From Candidatus Deferrimicrobiaceae bacterium (GTDB taxonomy: Bacteria > Desulfobacterota > Deferrimicrobia > Deferrimicrobiales > Deferrimicrobiaceae), in NCBI GenBank assembly GCA_963792415.1, contig CAWBVY010000005.1:1-64000 (forward strand): DNA of 64,000 nucleotides. The letters are read 5' to 3'. The position numbers and the translations under genes are program-made. Below are positions 12,456-21,634 of the stretch, in pieces. The stretch's first letter is position 1. Each line of letters starts with the position of its first letter. The notes under the pieces are model-generated. The model had not been told where the DNA came from and did not search any database. It saw nothing but the letters and a program-made list of their open reading frames with translations.

Positions 12456-13713
12456 CTAATAGATCTTGTAAGGCTTCCCGATCGTTATCCCGAGAAGAGC
12501 GGAGTAGTTGTCCAGCGCATCCCCGAACTGGCCGTTGGACGTCTGCCGGTTCAGGTTTCCGGTGAGATCCAGGCTGGCCCACTCCCAAGCCCTGTAACTC
12601 AAACCCGCGGTGCCGTCAGATTGTGATAAGATCAACGGCATTCGGCCGAGAAGACCGATTGGCTGACTTGATAGGTGGCGGAGAGGTTTCCGGACCACTC
12701 CCTGGTGAACTGGTCGGTAAACACCAGGCCGGTGGTTTTTTGCCGGGTGGCCTCGCCGTACCCGCTCCCCCCGGAATAAATGTACGATCCAAACGCCCTG
12801 GCGGTGAACGTCTCGCGGGTGTAGGTGATATTGAAGAGTCCCCGATGGCGAGGATGTTCGCTGTTCCGGGATCCCCGGGGCCTCGTTTTGCCGGATATAC
12901 GACATTCCGAAGACGCCATCGAGGCGAAGCACGGGGGAGAACTGGTACCCGAACAGGATGCCGCCGGACAGGGTATCGGAGTCCGGGGCGTTTTCGTATG
13001 TCTGGTGGTTTCCCGCAACGAGAATCCCGAGGCTGGTCCGCGGCGAAAAGAGGTAGGAAACCGAGGCATTCCCTCCGGTTTGCTTTGAGTTTGTCAGTCC
13101 GGATCCCGAAGTGTTATCGGCAGCATCGCTATAGCGCTGTTCGCTGTAATTTCCGTTCACCCCGATCGTCAGATTGGGGGTCGCGAGATAGTTGAGATTC
13201 ACCGCCGCCCCAATATCCTCCGAATCCGTGTTCCCGTAGTTGATTATCGTAACCGGCGGAAGCACAGGGTCTCCGGAAGGCACCTGTTGGGACCGTCGGG
13301 AGGAGTTGGTGGTGTTGAGGTAATACACCGAGGGAACCATGGTCCAGTTCGGCGTCAAGCGCCATCCCCCGCTCGAATCGATCCGGAAAAACCAGCTGTT
13401 GTAATCCGCATCCTTGGCCTCTGCACTGTGGTACCAGATGTTCTCGTAATTCCCGGATACCTGTAACATGACGTTGTCCGCCGAGGTGAACCTCAAGGCA
13501 AGCTGCCGGCGTCAAACGGGTTCCGAAGGACGATACCTCATCGGTGGTCGTATTATAGACGTTGGACTGCCATCCCTCCTCGAGCCGGATCGATGGAATC
13601 ACGTCCATGTTCACGCTCATCGCATCGGTGGCCATCATGGGGATCAGTGCGGTTGCGAAGGCGAGAAAAACGATTGCCTTCGCTACAGGGTGCCGATCGC
13701 CTGAGGTAGTCAT
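12456..13713 (-). pseudogene. Outer-membrane beta-barrel protein of the EPS export locus, frameshifted near 13505, 12845 and 12650
   Basis: Signal peptide, alternating aromatic/small beta-strand pattern (SVSYLFSPRT, FGYQFSP, GLSYRAW); lies between wza and wzz. Confidence 0.7.
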
Positions 13714-14352
13714 TACGGCACCACGATCGTGTCGCCGGATTTGAGGAGGTAGTTTCCCTCCCCGCTTTCGATGAGGTCGTAGTAGTTTATTTTCCGGACT
13801 TCCTGTCTTCCCTTATTCCCCCGGATCAGCTTGATGCTTCTGGGAGAGGCAAACTGGGTCATTCCTCCCGCCAGTGCGAGGGCCTGAAGAACCGACGTGT
13901 CTCCGCGCAATGGGAACGTTCCCGGACGCGCCACGTACCCGATGATGTAATATTTCGGCGCATTCACCTGCAGCACGATCACGGTAACTTCGAGGGTTCA
14001 CGATGTATGCCGACAAACCTTCCTCGATGTTCGTGGCGAGCTGGGCGGCGGTCAACCCTTCGGCAGGCACATCCTGCAGAAGCGGCATGGAGATCTTTCC
14101 GTCGGGCCGCACGACGAGGTCCAGGGTCAGTTCCTTGTTGTCCCAGACCGAGATCCGAAGCTGGTCCTCGGGCCCCAGGCGATAGGAAGGGTCGGACTGT
14201 GAACCGGATGGGGTTTGGACGGGCCTGCGGATCCTTGCCGAATTGTCCATAATCCCTGCGGCCTCTTGCGCGAAGACCGGATGAGCAAGAGGCGCCGCGA
14301 CATTCAGAACCACGAGCACCGAACAGGCTACCGCCCATATGGCTTTCACCAT
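13713..14352 (-). CDS. Polysaccharide export protein (Wza/poly_export + SLBB), frameshift near 13990
   Basis: YRLGPEDQLRISVW, VRPDGKISMPL, GYVARPGTF, LQALALAGG, LKSGDTIVVP; GGAGG before the ATG at 14352. Confidence 0.88.
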
Positions 14353-14438
14353 TCCACCTCCCGAAACGACCGATTTGTTCCATAGTGCCACCGGTAACGA
14401 ATTCCTTGACGCCAAGATTTGCGGAAAATTGGTTTATT

Positions 14439-15932
14439 TTACTCCATGTTCAGCCCGCAGTCCTTGATTTTGTAGAGAAGGGCCTTGTAGCTGATGTCGA
14501 GGATCTGCGCCGCCTTCCTCCGGTTCCACCGGGTCTGATCGAGGACTTTCCCGATGAGTTCCTTCTCGGCGTTTCGTTGCGCAATCTTCGACACTTCCTT
14601 CAGCGTGGCCTTTCCCGAGGGATTCATGGCGGCCTGTTCTTCCCCGTTCCCGCCCTTCGCTTCCGCGGACGCCTGCGAGAATGTTCGGCCCGTCGCCCGG
14701 GTTCGCGGAGCGTGTCCCGGTTCCATCGCCGCCCCATCGTCCGGGACGGCACCGTATTGGCCATTTTCACGTTTGCGCTGAAACTCCGCGATCAACTGGG
14801 CCTCGTTCCCGAGGATGATCAGCCGCTTCACGTTGTTCTCGAGCTCGCGCACGTTTCCCTGCCACGTGTAGTTGAGGAACATTTCCATGAGACGTGGAGA
14901 GACCTTCAAGACCTCCCGGTTGTACATCTGGCAGTACCGGTTGAGAAAATAGTCGACGAGGATCGGGATGTCGTTCTTCCGCTCCCGGAGCGGCGGCACG
15001 ACGATGTTCACCACGTTGACCCGGTAGAACAGGTCGCGGCGGAACGTGCCCTCCTCGACCATCCGTTCCAGGTTCTTGTTGGTGGCGCACAGGATGCGGC
15101 AGTTCGCCCTCACCTCGCGCTCGCCGCCGATGCGGAAGAACTGCTTCTCCTGCAGGACATGGAGCAATTTCGACTGCAGGTCCATGTGCATCTCGCTGAT
15201 CTCGTCGAGGAAGATGGTGCCGTTCTGCGCCATTTCGAACCGGCCGTACTTCCGGCGGTGGGCGCCGGTGAACGCGCCCTTCTCGAAGCCGAACAGCTCG
15301 CTTTCCAGAAGCTCCCTCGGAAGCGCGGCGCAGTTCACCTTGATGAACGGGGCGCTCGCCCGGTCGGAGGCCTTGTGGATCGCCTTGGCGACCAACTCCT
15401 TGCCGGTGCCGCTCTCCCCGGTGATCAGCACGGTGATGTCGGTGCCCGCCACCTGGTCCAGGACGGCCTGGACCTTGCTCATCCGGTCGCTCATCCCGAA
15501 AAGGAGGTTGTACTCCTCCTCGGGGCGGGTCTTTACGCGCAGGGCGTCGAGCTCGACCTTGACGTGGGTCGCATCGAGCACCATCTGCATCTTGAGGAGG
15601 AGTTCCTCCCCCTGGAACGGCTTCTTGACGTAGTCGCTGGCGCCTTCCTTCATCGAGCGGACGACCTCGTCCACCTCGCTCTGGCCCGAGACCATGATGA
15701 TGGGGATCGTCAGCGAAGCGGCCCGCATCGGCTTGATGAGGTCCACGCCGGAGCCGTCAGGAAGGAAGATGTCGAGAATGACGCAGGAAGGACGCTCCCG
15801 CTCGAACGCCTCCAGTCCTTCCTTCTTGCTGGCGGCGACGACCACCCGCATCCCTTTTTCGGTGAGGAGGTTTCGTGTGAATTCGGAAAAAGCGGGATCG
15901 TCGTCAACGACAAGAACGTACTGCTCGGTCAT
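14439..15932 (-). CDS. Sigma54-dependent response regulator (NtrC/AtoC family)
   Basis: Receiver (VVDDD..ILDIFLPDG), Walker A GESGTGKE, GAFTGA, FLDEI, Fis-type HTH; GGAAGGAG RBS before ATG 15932. Confidence 0.95.
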   Translation of the reverse strand: MTEQYVLVVDDDPAFSEFTRNLLTEKGMRVVVAASKKEGLEAFERERPSCVILDIFLPDGSGVDLIKPMRAASLTIPIIMVSGQSEVDEVVRSMKEGASDYVKKPFQGEELLLKMQMVLDATHVKVELDALRVKTRPEEEYNLLFGMSDRMSKVQAVLDQVAGTDITVLITGESGTGKELVAKAIHKASDRASAPFIKVNCAALPRELLESELFGFEKGAFTGAHRRKYGRFEMAQNGTIFLDEISEMHMDLQSKLLHVLQEKQFFRIGGEREVRANCRILCATNKNLERMVEEGTFRRDLFYRVNVVNIVVPPLRERKNDIPILVDYFLNRYCQMYNREVLKVSPRLMEMFLNYTWQGNVRELENNVKRLIILGNEAQLIAEFQRKRENGQYGAVPDDGAAMEPGHAPRTRATGRTFSQASAEAKGGNGEEQAAMNPSGKATLKEVSKIAQRNAEKELIGKVLDQTRWNRRKAAQILDISYKALLYKIKDCGLNME

Positions 15933-15965
15933 CCGTTCGCTCCTTCCGTCTTGCAGCATCAAATT

Positions 15966-15981
15966 AGCAATCCGCGTGCCT
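15966..15981 (-). promoter_or_regulatory. Sigma54 (-24/-12) promoter
   Basis: Minus strand AGGCACGCGGATTGCT matches GGCACG-N4-TTGCW, 33 bp before the regulator ATG. Confidence 0.8.
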
Positions 15982-16022
15982 GTCCATGGCCCTTATCGGC
16001 AGGATCATGATAAATATATAGA

Positions 16023-16127
16023 GTAAAAAACGATTAGTGGGAAATATATTTCCTGAAGGGGAAAGCGTAAAAAACGAGGATTATAACGGCTGGGTAATTA
16101 ATTGCTTAATATTGACAAATTATTACC
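16023..16127. promoter_or_regulatory. AT-rich upstream control region with direct repeats and palindromes
   Basis: GTAAAAAACGA at 16023-16033 and 16067-16077; perfect palindrome GGAAATATATTTCC 16040-16053; imperfect inverted repeat 16093-16127. Confidence 0.55.
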
Positions 16128-16138
16128 TTTTTAAGACT

Positions 16139-17278
16139 TCAGCCGGCAGGAAGTGAGAACGAGACCTGCGTTCCTTTCCCCGAAACGGAGTCGATACGGA
16201 TTTTCCCTTTTTGCGCCTCCACGAGCCGTTTGCAGATCGTCAGCCCAAGTCCGAGCCGGGCGCTGGAGTCGAGGGTGGCGACCATCTCCGCAGGGTCGAA
16301 GATCTTCCGAAGTTTCTCCTTCGGGATCCCCGCTCCGGTGTCGGTGACGCTGATGACGGCAAACCCATCCTCCTGCATTCCCGAGAGTTGGATCGTCCCA
16401 TGGGGAGGGGTGAACTTGAGGGCGTTGTAGAGCAGGTTGTCGAGGATCTCCAGCACTTTTCCACGGTCGCCGAGGACGGTGACGACGCGGGAATCCCCTT
16501 CCAGCGCCAGGTGAACCTTTTTCTTCTCCGCGTACGGGCGGTAGAAGGCGATGCACTCCTTCAGCGTTTCGGCGAGCGGAAACGGGCGGATGTCGAGACG
16601 GAGCGACCCGGATTCCGCGGCCTCGTAGTCGAGCAGCGTGCTGGTCATGGTCCGCAGGCGCCCGATGGTGCGTGCGGCCTGGTCCAGCATCCCGATGGAC
16701 TCGGTCGCTTCGCACCCCTTGCACCGCTCCTTGATCCACTGCAGGTAGCCGTCCAGGACGGTGATGATCGACCGGAAGTCGTGCGCCGCCATCGAGATCA
16801 TGAACCCCTTGAACGACGAGAGGGTTTTCGCGTCCTTCAGGTCTTCCCGGCTGCGGTCGAGAAGTCTGTGGATCTCTTTTTCCTGCTTCTCCGTCTCGAG
16901 CATCAGGGAGAGCTTCTGCACCGATCGCGCGACGGAGTGCAGGAGGATGTCGGGCGCCACGGGCTTGCGGAGGAAGTCGTACGCCCCGCGCTTCAACGCT
17001 TCGATGACCGAATCGAGCGGAGGCGAGGAGGCGAGGAAGGTGAACGTCAGGGAGGGGTATTTCCGCAAGGTGTCGTCGAGAAACCTCAGTCCGCACTCCC
17101 CGTCGACGCTGAGGTCAGAGAGGACGACGAGCTTTCCCCGATGCCTGGTGAGGATTCCGACCGCTTCCGCGCACCTGGTGGCCTGCAGGACCTTGTAGCG
17201 GGCCTCCTCGAGAATTGCGGCGAGTCTCGCCAGGTCCCGCCGGTTCGAATCCACGATGAGGACGGTGGGGGATTTCAT
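16139..17278 (-). CDS. Hybrid receiver-histidine kinase (REC-HisKA-HATPase), cytoplasmic
   Basis: REC (LIVDS..VLSD..FLRKP), H-box AAHDFRS, N-box NLLYNALKFT, DTGAGI, GLGLTICK; alternative ATG at 17287. Confidence 0.92.
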   Translation of the reverse strand: MKSPTVLIVDSNRRDLARLAAILEEARYKVLQATRCAEAVGILTRHRGKLVVLSDLSVDGECGLRFLDDTLRKYPSLTFTFLASSPPLDSVIEALKRGAYDFLRKPVAPDILLHSVARSVQKLSLMLETEKQEKEIHRLLDRSREDLKDAKTLSSFKGFMISMAAHDFRSIITVLDGYLQWIKERCKGCEATESIGMLDQAARTIGRLRTMTSTLLDYEAAESGSLRLDIRPFPLAETLKECIAFYRPYAEKKKVHLALEGDSRVVTVLGDRGKVLEILDNLLYNALKFTPPHGTIQLSGMQEDGFAVISVTDTGAGIPKEKLRKIFDPAEMVATLDSSARLGLGLTICKRLVEAQKGKIRIDSVSGKGTQVSFSLPAG

Positions 17279-17310
17279 GGGTTGCATATTCTACCACGCA
17301 GGGAGAAGAG

Positions 17311-17387
17311 TGGTGGCGGTGCAGGGAATTGAACCCCGGACACTGCGGATATGAGCCGCATGCTCTAACCATCTGAGCTACACCGCC
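17311..17387 (-). tRNA. tRNA-Met (CAT), elongator type
   Basis: GGCGGTGTAGCTCAGATGGTTAGAGCATGCGGCTCATATCCGCAGTGTCCGGGGTTCAATTCCCTGCACCGCCACCA: cloverleaf, CAT anticodon, encoded CCA, paired G1-C72. Confidence 0.95.
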
Positions 17388-17406
17388 ACGCTCGGTGGAA
17401 CAGAAG

Positions 17407-17434
17407 ATTATACGTCAGGCAAGAAGGTTGTCAA
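17407..17434 (-). promoter_or_regulatory. Sigma70 promoter of the tRNA
   Basis: TTGACA-N16-TATAAT, 19 bp upstream of the tRNA 5' end. Confidence 0.85.
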
Positions 17435-17462
17435 TTCCGTGCGCGCCCCCTCCTCTGGCAGG

Positions 17463-18965
17463 TCACCTGACCCATAGGACGCGCCACTGGCCGGTGGCGC
17501 CCAGGAGCTTTGCGCGGTCGCGTGAGGCTACGGCGAAGCGGATCCTGGCCGGGACGGTCCGGTCGGCGAGCAGGTCGCGGGCGGAGGCGTCGATCAGGGG
17601 CGAGCGCCAGGCGAGCTGCAGGCCGGCGTCCCCCTGCGCGAAGCAGAGGATTTCGGCTTCGGCGAAAACCCTCAGGCCCTCGAAATACGTTCCCGCGGCC
17701 ACAAGGTCGTTCAGGACAAGCAGTTCGTCGGTGCCGTCGCCGTCAAGGTCGGCCGTCGCCATCCGCCCGGGGATCTGCAGCCGCCGGCCGGTCCCCTCGA
17801 GGGTGATCTCGGTCCCGGAGACGGCGTCCAGTCCGACCCACAATTCCTTCCCCGTCTCGTCGAGGTAGCGGATCCGGTTGCGGTCGGTCAGCGCGGCGTA
17901 CCGGACTCCCTTCCCCTTGCGCAGGGAGGTGAAACCGTACAGGAACGTACCCTCCGGCAGCGGCAGGGGGCGGTCGCGATCCTTCACTCCGGTTTTTCCG
18001 TCCCTGTCGAAGGCGACCCGGAAGATCGGACCCGTGAAAACCGTCGCCGGATCGGACGCCTGTCCGAGGAGGACGATCCCTTCCGGACCGAGATCGGCCG
18101 TGCGCAGGAAGTACGGCAGGTCGGAGACTATCTTCCGGTACTCCTTCCCGTCGAACTGCCAGACGTCGGAGTGTGAGGTCCCGTCCGCGTACCGGACGGC
18201 AACGATGTCGGCGACCCCGTTCCGTGTGACGTCGGCGACGTCCACGCGGAAGAGCCCCGGGCCGGCATCGGGAATCCGGTCCTTTTCGCGGAGTTCGTCC
18301 CCCTCCACGCGGTAGACGGCGATCGCGTCGGAATAGGCGGCGACCAGTTCCCTCTTCCCGTCAAGGTCCGTGTCCGAGAGGGCGATGGACACCATATCGC
18401 CGGGAAGCGAGGCGCTGCGGCTGATCGTCCCGGTAAGCTTGGGGACGCTCTTCGCGGAGGCGCCCTCCCCCACCCGCTCGTCCCCGAAGAAGGCGGTTTT
18501 CGCCTTGAGGGCCGCTTCGGTGGCCATGCGGCGGAACAGGGCGAGATCCCGCGGGGTAATCGCCGACGGGTTCTCGAGCGCGCCCGTGACGACGACGGTG
18601 CGCCCCTTCGAGGGCTCCTCCACGGGGGCGATCATCACGTCGAGTTCCACCGCTTTCCCGATCCGCGAAAGGTTCCCGGTAAATACGTAGGTGGCGCCGA
18701 GCGTCCTGGCCCTGCGGCGGCGCGATTCGTCGGTCGGCGGGGTGGTCCCCTCTCCCGCCGTCCGAACGTCGAAGCGGTCCGAGAGATTTTCCTTCAGCGT
18801 CTGCTCCAGGACCGGAACGGCGGGGCGCAGCGCGTTGTCGGTACCCGGCGGGATGATTTCCGGCGGAAAGAGGGCGAGGGACTGACGTGCCGCGAGCGCG
18901 GGCGCGGCAAGGCACAGCAGGGCCGCAAGGAGAAGGATCGACGTCGTCCGCGGGCGGAAGGTCAT
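17463..18965 (-). CDS. Secreted FG-GAP/VCBS-repeat protein
   Basis: Signal peptide; repeats SDTDLDGKRELV, ADVTRNGVADIV, ADLDGDGTDELL. Confidence 0.75.
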   Translation of the reverse strand: MTFRPRTTSILLLAALLCLAAPALAARQSLALFPPEIIPPGTDNALRPAVPVLEQTLKENLSDRFDVRTAGEGTTPPTDESRRRRARTLGATYVFTGNLSRIGKAVELDVMIAPVEEPSKGRTVVVTGALENPSAITPRDLALFRRMATEAALKAKTAFFGDERVGEGASAKSVPKLTGTISRSASLPGDMVSIALSDTDLDGKRELVAAYSDAIAVYRVEGDELREKDRIPDAGPGLFRVDVADVTRNGVADIVAVRYADGTSHSDVWQFDGKEYRKIVSDLPYFLRTADLGPEGIVLLGQASDPATVFTGPIFRVAFDRDGKTGVKDRDRPLPLPEGTFLYGFTSLRKGKGVRYAALTDRNRIRYLDETGKELWVGLDAVSGTEITLEGTGRRLQIPGRMATADLDGDGTDELLVLNDLVAAGTYFEGLRVFAEAEILCFAQGDAGLQLAWRSPLIDASARDLLADRTVPARIRFAVASRDRAKLLGATGQWRVLWVR

Positions 18966-19522
18966 CGAAGCAGCGACGAGATCTTCTTGAACTCCGGTGT
19001 CACGGCAACCTTCAGTAACTGGAAGACGGCCGTTTCGGTGCTGACGACCACAACCCCCGCGTCGCGCAGGGCGGCGATGCCGCTCCGGTAGTTGTGGGGG
19101 AACCGGGAGGAGACGGCGTCGTCGAGCACGAACACTTCGTACCCGGCGTTGACCAGGTCGACCGAGGTCAGGTACACGCAGACGTGGGTCTCCATGCCGA
19201 TCAGGACCACCTGGCGGCGGGCGGTCTTCGCGACGGCGGCGAGGAACCCTTCGTCGCGGGCGCAGCTGAAGGCGACTTTCTCGATCCGCTCGTACGTCTT
19301 CCCCTCGAGCGCCTGCAGAACATCGGGGACCGTGGGGCCCAGTCCCCTGGGGTACTGTTCCGTGAGGAGGATCGGAAGGCCCAGCGTCGCGGCCGCCTCG
19401 ATCGTGATCTTGAAGTTCTTGAGCGACCGCGCGTACAGCTCCTTGTCGATGGCGGGGACGAGGCGCTCCTGCACGTCGACCACGATCAGCACGGCGTCTT
19501 CCCTGTTCAGCACCCTGCTCAT
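18962..19522 (-). CDS. Isochorismatase-family cysteine hydrolase
   Basis: IVVDVQERL, TEQYPRGLGPT, EKVAFSC, GMETHVCV. Confidence 0.9.
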   Translation of the reverse strand: MSRVLNREDAVLIVVDVQERLVPAIDKELYARSLKNFKITIEAAATLGLPILLTEQYPRGLGPTVPDVLQALEGKTYERIEKVAFSCARDEGFLAAVAKTARRQVVLIGMETHVCVYLTSVDLVNAGYEVFVLDDAVSSRFPHNYRSGIAALRDAGVVVVSTETAVFQLLKVAVTPEFKKISSLLR

Positions 19523-19537
19523 TTTCCCGCCTCTCCT

Positions 19538-20731
19538 CTACCAGTCGCAGCGGAGGACGCCCTCGTCGAGCGGCGTCAGCGTCTCGAACCCGTCCGCTGT
19601 CACAAGATACGTGTTCTCGAGCCCCACGGCGCCTTCCCCCGGAAAGACGAACTTCGGCTCGAGGGCGAACACCATCCCGGGCGCGAGGATCGTGGGGGAC
19701 CCTTTCGCCACGAAAGGGAACTCGTCCACCTCGATCCCGATCCCGTGGCCGATGAATTTCGTATTATACCCCGGCGGACCCATGAAATTCTCCGCGTAAG
19801 GCGTGGCGGCCGCGACGGCGACCCCCGCGGCGTACAGGTCCCCCGCCACGGCACCCGGACGGATCCCCGCCTCGATCGCCCGCAGCACGGCGACGGAGTG
19901 ACTGTACGCCTCCTCCATCTTCGCAGCCATCGGGCCGACGCTGTAGGTGCGGGCCATGTCCACCAGGTAGCCATCCTGCGCCCACATCAGGTCGATGATG
20001 ACCGGTTCGTTCGGAAGGATCGAGCGCTCCCCCTGCCCCGCCGGAACGTATGGGGAGAGACCCTTCCCGGCTGTGGGAAAGTCTGCGTAGGAGGGGACGG
20101 CCGCGTCGGGGCCGGAGATCACGCACCCGAGGGCAGGATCCTGGTTGAAGGCGCGCATCCGGTTGATGGTGCTGTGGCCGCCGCCGATCGCCTCACCCTG
20201 GAGCATCCCCTGGAGGGCCACCTCGGTGACGCCGGGGCGGATCTTCTTCCGGGCACCGGAGAGAAGCGCGGCGAGCTTTTTCCCGTTTTCCCGGAGCGCC
20301 TTCGCCTCGTGGGGGGATTTCGCGGCGCGGATCCCGCGGACGATCGGCGAGACGTCCTCGGGCTTCGCCCCGGGGAAGACCTGCTGGAAGCGGAGGAAAG
20401 TCCCCACGGGGAGGACGTCCAGTTCGAATCCGATGGCGGCGAAGGTGACATTCATCCCGGCGAAGTACGCGGTAACCTCTTTCGGGCTTGCGATCCTCCG
20501 CACGTTGGAAAGGGGGGACTCCTCGACCGCCCGTTCGAAGACGCGGCGGACGAAGTAGACCGGTTCACCTTCGGCAGGGACGATCAGGATCCCCTGCTGG
20601 ATCGACCCGGTGAAGTAGAAGAGGTCGGCATTCTGCACGAGGAACGCGGCGCCGAGGTGCGCGGCGCGCAATTCCGCCTGCAGCTTCGCGATCCGCGCGT
20701 GGATCTCCTCCGCCGGTGTCAGCGAGTACAC
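19538..20731 (-). CDS. M24 (Xaa-Pro aminopeptidase-like) peptidase
   Basis: DL..DGYLVDMART, GHGIGIEVDE, ALEPK, GLENT metal ligands; creatinase-type N-domain. Confidence 0.9.
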   Translation of the reverse strand: MYSLTPAEEIHARIAKLQAELRAAHLGAAFLVQNADLFYFTGSIQQGILIVPAEGEPVYFVRRVFERAVEESPLSNVRRIASPKEVTAYFAGMNVTFAAIGFELDVLPVGTFLRFQQVFPGAKPEDVSPIVRGIRAAKSPHEAKALRENGKKLAALLSGARKKIRPGVTEVALQGMLQGEAIGGGHSTINRMRAFNQDPALGCVISGPDAAVPSYADFPTAGKGLSPYVPAGQGERSILPNEPVIIDLMWAQDGYLVDMARTYSVGPMAAKMEEAYSHSVAVLRAIEAGIRPGAVAGDLYAAGVAVAAATPYAENFMGPPGYNTKFIGHGIGIEVDEFPFVAKGSPTILAPGMVFALEPKFVFPGEGAVGLENTYLVTADGFETLTPLDEGVLRCDW

Positions 20732-20777
20732 GAAACCTCCCCTGTAATGAAACGATTCATATCGAGTGCTCCCATTC

Positions 20778-20807
20778 GGCTACGCAGCCTCGGAGCGGGG
20801 GCTCCGC
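20778..20807 (-). repeat. Partial copy (3' hairpin module) of the intergenic repeat family
   Basis: GGCTACGCAGCCTCGGAGCGGGGGCTCCG resembles GGCTGCGTCGCCTCGGAGGGCGGGGCTCCG at 45427; hairpin CGGAGC-GGGG-GCTCCG. Confidence 0.5.
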
Positions 20808-20839
20808 TGGACCCTGTCGCTGCCCGACCTCCCTTGACG

Positions 20840-21622
20840 TTACTTGTTTTTCGACTCCTGCCATATCTTTTCGAGCTCCTGGTACGACTTGGGGAAATCG
20901 GCCTGGAAGCGCAGGTAGATGGGGACTGGGTAGCGGACGCCGCCGGCGTGGGTCATCTCCAGGCCCTCGACGACCTCCCCGGCGCGATCGAAGGGGAAGG
21001 TGAACGCCATCTCGTCGTCCCCGGTCATGCCGAAGATCCGGTCGCCGTAGCACGGCAGGATCACCTGCGGCTCGCCCGTCTTCTTCCCCTTGATGACGAT
21101 GTCGGTGCAGTCGCCGCGTCCCGAGAAGTCGCTCTTGAGGGATCCTCCACGTTTGTAGAGGACCGCGTTCAGCAGCCGCAGAACCTGGGCGGAGTTGCCG
21201 TAGACAAGCACCGTGTCGGGAACGAAGTTTGCGCGACTCAAGGGGCCGACGACGACGTGGGCATACTCCCCGGGGTCGTACTTGGCGAGGGCGTCTTCGA
21301 ATGCCGCCCCCGCTTCCTTGCACGAAGCGTACATCCCGTCGGCAAGCCCTCCGGAAGTGTAGTACTCGTTGCGCTCCTCGAATCCGAAAGCCGCCTTGGC
21401 GATGGGGCACGAGAGGTCTGCCCCTCGAGACGCCATCGCCCAGCCGTACCGACGGGCGATCGAGATGGCCTGGCAGATCGCCACTTTCACGCCCAGGTGC
21501 TTCGAGGGGATCTTTACCTTGTCGGGGAGCGACTCCTCGGGTTTCATCGACTTGATCCCGAGGGGGAAGGTGCTCACCCGAAGGTGTTTTTCAAGGTGCT
21601 GGTTCAGCGTCGCGGCGTCCAT
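20840..21622 (-). CDS. DUF169 family protein
   Basis: ICQAISIARRYG, LSCPIA, PDTVLVYGNSAQVLRL, GDCTD, LPCYGDRIFG, DDEMAFTFP. Confidence 0.85.
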   Translation of the reverse strand: MDAATLNQHLEKHLRVSTFPLGIKSMKPEESLPDKVKIPSKHLGVKVAICQAISIARRYGWAMASRGADLSCPIAKAAFGFEERNEYYTSGGLADGMYASCKEAGAAFEDALAKYDPGEYAHVVVGPLSRANFVPDTVLVYGNSAQVLRLLNAVLYKRGGSLKSDFSGRGDCTDIVIKGKKTGEPQVILPCYGDRIFGMTGDDEMAFTFPFDRAGEVVEGLEMTHAGGVRYPVPIYLRFQADFPKSYQELEKIWQESKNK

Positions 21623-21634
21623 GATCTCCTCCTA

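Noticed and set aside
17311-17387. Initiator tRNA-fMet or tRNA-Ile2 identity
   Set aside because: G1-C72 is paired and there is no GGG/CCC anticodon stem, so not initiator; the sequence resembles elongator tRNA-Met. Ile2 is not strictly excluded without tRNAscan-SE.
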